DNA from: Candidatus Kerfeldbacteria bacterium | GTDB taxonomy: Bacteria > Patescibacteriota > Patescibacteriia > SBBC01 > CAIJZX01 | DNA length: 61,890 nucleotides | Assembly: GCA_903825245.1 (NCBI GenBank) | Contig: CAIJZX010000029.1 | Coordinates: forward strand, 1-61,890 | Direction of reading: 5' to 3' | Part shown: in pieces, positions 57,778 through 61,890 of the stretch | Layout: the number at the start of each line of letters is the position of its first letter | How positions within the stretch are numbered: the stretch's first letter is position 1 | The notes under the pieces: generated by a model | The model's input: only the letters and a program-made list of their open reading frames with translations | Databases searched by the model: none | What the model was told of the DNA's origin: nothing | Made by a program: the position numbers and the translations under genes

Positions 57778-57804
57778 TTAGCAGTCCTAGGTCAAGAGTG
57801 CTAA
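57778..57804. promoter_or_regulatory. CIRCE (HrcA operator) overlapping the dnaJ -35 box
   Basis: TTAGCAGTC-N9-GAGTGCTAA (one mismatch to consensus); promoter TTGACC-N17-TATTGT on the minus strand. Confidence 0.9.
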
Positions 57805-57809
57805 TCCCA

Positions 57810-58715
57810 TTAATCGTACGATGCTCGATAGACCTGACCGCCGTTATAGTATGACAGTGATTGTGCTGAACGAAGTTGCTCAATTGCGGTACCAGAGATC
57901 CCTTTCGTCCGTCGAATAATTGCCTGTTTCGGCGCTGGCTCGTGATGTGTGACGAGGCCGATCTTCGGCCAATAGAAACGGCGGACCCAATAACCTTTGC
58001 TATCTTTCTTCAGATGCACGGGCATGCGTTCGGTCATGAAATATATACTTTTTTCAGCCAACTCTTTTCGGCGAACATTACTTTGATGTTCAGCAAAACT
58101 AGCGTCATGGAACCGTGCCAAAGCTAAGCGTTCAACGGACACATTACTGCCGGGACGAATATAGGAAAACACTTCGTGGTACGTACTCCAAAATTCGCTA
58201 TATCGCAACGGAAAAAAAAGATACCGCGTCGCCCACTGAATATCGACGATGAAAAAATCTGTGGCTATACCGACATCTGTTTTTTTATATTTCGCCGGCA
58301 ATCCCCATGGGCAAGTCGCCAGGGTCTGCTTATTTTTTTTCATTGTCTTGATGATAGACGCAATATAGTCCGGTTTCAGACACCATGTATCGGCTGCCAA
58401 TACAACAACATACCGGATGGTTGGAAAACGACGATGCAATGTGGCCAAGCCGACATCAATCAAGTCCGCCGCACCTTGGTAGTGTCCCGGATTTTTTTGT
58501 CGAATCAGAATGTCCTCCAAGTGTTGCTTCGGATACCACGAACGGCGGCCATTATAGGCGTGAACCATCGATATTTTGCCAAAATTACCGGAATCATGCC
58601 ACAAGCTCCGGACAATTTCTTGATTGATTTTTGCATCATCCACCCGATCGTGGGTATAGATGAGACAACCAATATGTTCTTTGATCATAGATTTTTCGTT
58701 ACATCCCCCACTCAA
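57810..58715 (-). CDS. Hypothetical GT-A-fold glycosyltransferase-like protein
   Basis: LIYTHDR...YVVVLAADTW pattern; start uncertain. Confidence 0.55.
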   Translation of the reverse strand: MSGGCNEKSMIKEHIGCLIYTHDRVDDAKINQEIVRSLWHDSGNFGKISMVHAYNGRRSWYPKQHLEDILIRQKNPGHYQGAADLIDVGLATLHRRFPTIRYVVVLAADTWCLKPDYIASIIKTMKKNKQTLATCPWGLPAKYKKTDVGIATDFFIVDIQWATRYLFFPLRYSEFWSTYHEVFSYIRPGSNVSVERLALARFHDASFAEHQSNVRRKELAEKSIYFMTERMPVHLKKDSKGYWVRRFYWPKIGLVTHHEPAPKQAIIRRTKGISGTAIEQLRSAQSLSYYNGGQVYRASYD

Positions 58716-59814
58716 CTTTTTCGGCTGGTACGGTTTGATGCGTTATCCTCACCACGTTTGCCGCGCGGTACATTTTTAAAAATACCCACGCACCCCAGAC
58801 CACCACCGCCTGGAGCAGACTGGTGGCGAATCGTAGTACAAAGAAGAGCGCCAATGCCAGCAGCACCGGTACAAAGGTGACGTATCGCTGGACGTAGCGA
58901 TCATACTGCAGACCAATGACCGCTACCAACATATCATGCACTGTTTCGTTGGGCTTGATGGTGACATCGAACCGCTGACTGAGTTCCTGACGCGTACTAT
59001 CAATCGTTTGTTGGCGGAGGTTGAGGAGTTGCTGATCAAGTTGCTGCCGAATCGAAGCTTCGGTTTCTTTGGTGGAAATGTTCAAGCCACTTGTATCAAC
59101 GCCGAGTTTCGATAGTTGGTCATTAATTGCCGTTTGTTGTGCTTGACCAGTGTTCAGTGACGAGAAATTGATATCGCGGAGAATGCTGTCCGCGGTCGGC
59201 ATTTGTGCCCCGATCAACTCATCAACCGTCATCCCCTGCTTATAGCTTTTGTACACGATCGGTAATGCGCGTTCCGTCACGGTCACCGTTTGGTCAATCA
59301 GTTTCTTAGACAAGGCTTCGGTTGTATCGGCGCTACCGCGGAGTTGCTGATAGTACAACAACGATACTGCCACCAGCACACCGAAAATTACATAAGTAAT
59401 ACCACGCGGCAACGAGTGTAACGGCTGCACGGTTAAACGATTGTGGGCATCATCGAAAATCGCTTCCAATCCCCACCCAAGTGTCATGATTAACACTGCC
59501 ACAGCAGCGCCCGTCCACCAGTACAGCGGAAAAAAGATTGCTAACGGTACCGCCGCCACCGCCGCTGACGTCCATCGCATCGATCGCCATGTGCCGACGT
59601 ACGACACAAGCAGGATTGGGCTTAGCCACAACGACAGACAAACAATACCGACCAGTAAAAAAATACCGATGTTAACCAACGCCAAGGTGGTAAACGCAAC
59701 ATGACCGCGGAGCGCCTGTTGAACGAAATACCAAAACACCACGCCGCCAATCACACTCGGTACATACAAGGCGAACAGTTTTTTTGACCAAGGTGTCAGT
59801 CGCGGACTTATCAT
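58699..59814 (-). CDS. Multi-pass membrane protein with a large helical loop
   Basis: About 6 hydrophobic helices and a Gln-rich coiled segment. Confidence 0.7.
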   Translation of the reverse strand: MISPRLTPWSKKLFALYVPSVIGGVVFWYFVQQALRGHVAFTTLALVNIGIFLLVGIVCLSLWLSPILLVSYVGTWRSMRWTSAAVAAVPLAIFFPLYWWTGAAVAVLIMTLGWGLEAIFDDAHNRLTVQPLHSLPRGITYVIFGVLVAVSLLYYQQLRGSADTTEALSKKLIDQTVTVTERALPIVYKSYKQGMTVDELIGAQMPTADSILRDINFSSLNTGQAQQTAINDQLSKLGVDTSGLNISTKETEASIRQQLDQQLLNLRQQTIDSTRQELSQRFDVTIKPNETVHDMLVAVIGLQYDRYVQRYVTFVPVLLALALFFVLRFATSLLQAVVVWGAWVFLKMYRAANVVRITHQTVPAEKVEWGM

Positions 59815-59816
59815 GG

Positions 59817-60107
59817 TTATTCGCTTTTGGTAAATCCGAAATCTTTGACCGGCGCTTCGGAGGCCGTCAACTGGCCAAACTGCGCTTCATACTTTTTAAT
59901 GTTGTCTGCCAACGCCGCCACAATCTGCTTGGCGTGAGCCGGACTCGTTACCACGCGGCTAACGAGATTTCCCTGCGGCGGAAAGAGCGATAGGAAATCA
60001 AAGACAAACTCATCTTTGGTATGAGAAATTTGCAAAGCATTAGCGTACGTTCCGCGAAGCACTTCATCCGGAGCTTTAATTTGGATTTGTTGAGATTGTT
60101 GGGGCAT
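59817..60107 (-). CDS. DUF3467-like protein
   Basis: GTYAN...EFVFDF...SRVVTSPAHAK...L.DNIKKYEAQFG. Confidence 0.8.
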   Translation of the reverse strand: MPQQSQQIQIKAPDEVLRGTYANALQISHTKDEFVFDFLSLFPPQGNLVSRVVTSPAHAKQIVAALADNIKKYEAQFGQLTASEAPVKDFGFTKSE

Positions 60108-60134
60108 AGTGTGAATAAAGTTGATGAGTAATTA

Positions 60135-60557
60135 TTATTTTCCGGTACTCCCAAAACCCCCTGTTCCTCGCTCACTTTCTGGTAATTCTTCAACTACTGT
60201 TACTGTAGTTTTCGGAACCGGCAAGAAGAGGCACTGAGCAATGCGATCACCGATTTGTACGTTATAGATTTCTTGGCTCGTGTTAAGAAGAATTATTTTC
60301 CATTCACCACGATACCCGGCATCAATCACTCCCGCCAGAACATGAATACCTTTACTGCCGAGACTTGATCGATCTTTTATAACTGCAACAAAATCATGAG
60401 GAAAAGCCGCCGAAAAACCTGTAAGAAAACCATGATGTTCACCGGGTCCAATTGAATACCCCTCAATCGTACTCACATCCCAACCGGCATCATCATCGTG
60501 TTGCCGCTGTAGACCTTGACTGAGCGGGTTGATTCTTTTTATTTGGACAGTATTCAT
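60135..60557 (-). CDS. dut: dUTP diphosphatase
   Basis: AGWD, RSSLG, GVIDAGYRGE, GDRIAQ, RGTGGFGSTG; start placed at ATG 60557. Confidence 0.95.
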   Translation of the reverse strand: MNTVQIKRINPLSQGLQRQHDDDAGWDVSTIEGYSIGPGEHHGFLTGFSAAFPHDFVAVIKDRSSLGSKGIHVLAGVIDAGYRGEWKIILLNTSQEIYNVQIGDRIAQCLFLPVPKTTVTVVEELPESERGTGGFGSTGK

Positions 60558-60668
60558 GAGACAATAGTAATAACTTGACAGGCTACACATAGACGACTAG
60601 TGTAGTCTAGCATCAAACGCACATGTTCGTACATTGATCACACCTCAGTCCCGCCTCATGGAGGAGTG

Positions 60669-60878
60669 ATGAACGCTCGTCAAGCCAAGCAGTCTCGCTG
60701 CAACCAGCCCCGTCCCAAGCTCGGATCGAGAGAGCTCTACAGCAATGCCCAACTTAGCGGCGGCATCGCTCAGGTGCTCGCTCACGGCCACGCTATTCGG
60801 CCGACTGACCCGATCAACACCACGTTGCCTTCCCACCGCTCAAACCGACGCTCGACGCGCCGCCCCCGATCAGCCTAA
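60669..60878 (+). CDS. Small basic hypothetical protein
   Basis: SD GGAGGAG, own TTGACA-N17-TAGTGT promoter, Arg-rich ends. Confidence 0.5.
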   Translation: MNARQAKQSRCNQPRPKLGSRELYSNAQLSGGIAQVLAHGHAIRPTDPINTTLPSHRSNRRSTRRPRSA

Positions 60879-60906
60879 GTGCTGGTCTTTTTTCTTGCCA
60901 TAACCA

Positions 60907-60931
60907 AGCGCGGCTCCGAAGGAGCCGCGCT
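60907..60931. terminator. Terminator-like hairpin between convergent genes
   Basis: AGCGCGGCTCC-gaa-GGAGCCGCGCT. Confidence 0.65.
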
Positions 60932-60947
60932 CATCAATTCGATGGAA

Positions 60948-61890
60948 CTATTGGTCAGCCGGAATTTGCACTGGCACTGGTACTCCGCCACCACTTGTTT
61001 TAGTTGATGTCGTAAACACTTGTTGACCGGAAACAATCGACCCACCACCTACGATTTCATAAAGATAATGTGCACCCGGTGTTAAACCGGTAAGCATTGC
61101 TTGATGTGCGACATTTGTGCAGGGCGCAGTCTCTGCTACTGGCTTACTATTCAACTGGTTAGCCACCGTCCCATAATTGATACGGCTACAGGTCGTTCGG
61201 GGTGTGCTCCAGCCTATGACAGCCGATGTGGTCGTAGTACTAATAATGTGAATGTTGTCGTAGTCGTTGCACACAATTGGCTGGGTTAAGAAGATATCTT
61301 TGTACGGCTTACCAGTGGTATCGTAATACACAATATACTTGGCCGGTGAAACCGATTTCGCTGCGGGGAAACACATATTTAGTGTTTGTTTTTGATTATA
61401 CTTCAAGGTCACGGTAATTTGTGGAACATTCACTACATCTGTCCCTGTTCCTCCGCCTAAAGCCATGGTCAACGGCACATAATCACGAGGTGATTCATTG
61501 TTATTTTTCGCCGTCCACGTTTGACCATCAATCACTCCTTGTAACTGGCCTTTGTTGTAGAGATAAATCCCGTGACTTGGATCAATAGTCATCGTACCTA
61601 TGGCTTGCTCAACGCTCGTCGCTTTTAGTCCTTTTGCCATACTTTCCGCGCAGGTGCCGGTCATGGCGGGCTTCGTCAAGAAGATGTCGCTGTATGGGGT
61701 ACCGGTAGTGTCGAAGAAGAAGTGGGAGACGGAGTACGTGGAGTCCTGATTGCGGAGGAACGTAGTTTGCGGTACACAGACCGTAGCCGTGAGTGCAGCG
61801 TCCTTTGCATCCTTACCGACGAGTTGTGCCACCACGCGAGGAAGCGTGTACGTCGTACCAGCAGTGTTGGGATCAACGTAGGGCACCACC
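60948..61890 (-). CDS. 3' part of a large surface/secreted protein with an internal repeat and an FN3-like domain
   Basis: Frame open from the window edge; repeat FFDTTGTPYSDIFLTKP / YYDTTGKPYKDIFLTQP; FN3-like WST...LTGLTPGAHYLY. Confidence 0.7.
   Translation of the reverse strand, partial: VVPYVDPNTAGTTYTLPRVVAQLVGKDAKDAALTATVCVPQTTFLRNQDSTYSVSHFFFDTTGTPYSDIFLTKPAMTGTCAESMAKGLKATSVEQAIGTMTIDPSHGIYLYNKGQLQGVIDGQTWTAKNNNESPRDYVPLTMALGGGTGTDVVNVPQITVTLKYNQKQTLNMCFPAAKSVSPAKYIVYYDTTGKPYKDIFLTQPIVCNDYDNIHIISTTTTSAVIGWSTPRTTCSRINYGTVANQLNSKPVAETAPCTNVAHQAMLTGLTPGAHYLYEIVGGGSIVSGQQVFTTSTKTSGGGVPVPVQIPADQ

Noticed and set aside
1-61890. CRISPR array, rRNA, prophage, integrase or transposase
   Set aside because: No regularly spaced repeats, rRNA signatures or recombinase/phage motifs were seen.

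Overview
Chromosomal window from a small-genome bacterium, most likely Patescibacteria/CPR. This is inferred from gene content: CPR-type VirD4/TraD-like ATPases, a compact AlaRS, HisKA_7TM proteins, many near-leaderless genes and a minimal dcw cluster. TGA terminates genes (code 11). The housekeeping backbone includes mraZ-rsmH-ftsL-ftsI-murF, tRNA-Gln(CTG), dnaX, cysS, dus, alaS, mnmA, secD/secF, dnaJ with a CIRCE operator, and dut. The first 12 kb is accessory and holds two candidate systems. (1) Four ATGA-coupled stand-alone 7TM sensor-domain genes are followed by two PLP enzymes (a class IV aminotransferase and an AONS/CqsA-family synthase) and a 7TM-GAF-GAF histidine kinase missed by the ORF track; this is a possible polymorphic small-molecule signalling locus. 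(2) Two tandem modules each carry a promoter, a ~380-410-nt structured leader with compensatory changes, a lipoprotein with an identical N-terminus but divergent CHAP/NlpC-P60-like domain, and a membrane-anchored beta-propeller protein. Other non-coding oddities: a tRNA-Gln nested in the anticodon loop of a degenerate tRNA-Gln, a small inverted-repeat element sitting on the start codons of both alaS and secD, a stand-alone ~185-nt sRNA, a leader-peptide attenuator before an amino-acid racemase, a structured leader before an L,D-transpeptidase, parS-like and DnaA boxes at the mraZ promoter, and a recurring promoter/boxA-like/SD layout ahead of accessory genes. No CRISPR array, rRNA, integrase or transposase was seen. 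All family assignments come from motifs read by eye, not from database searches.
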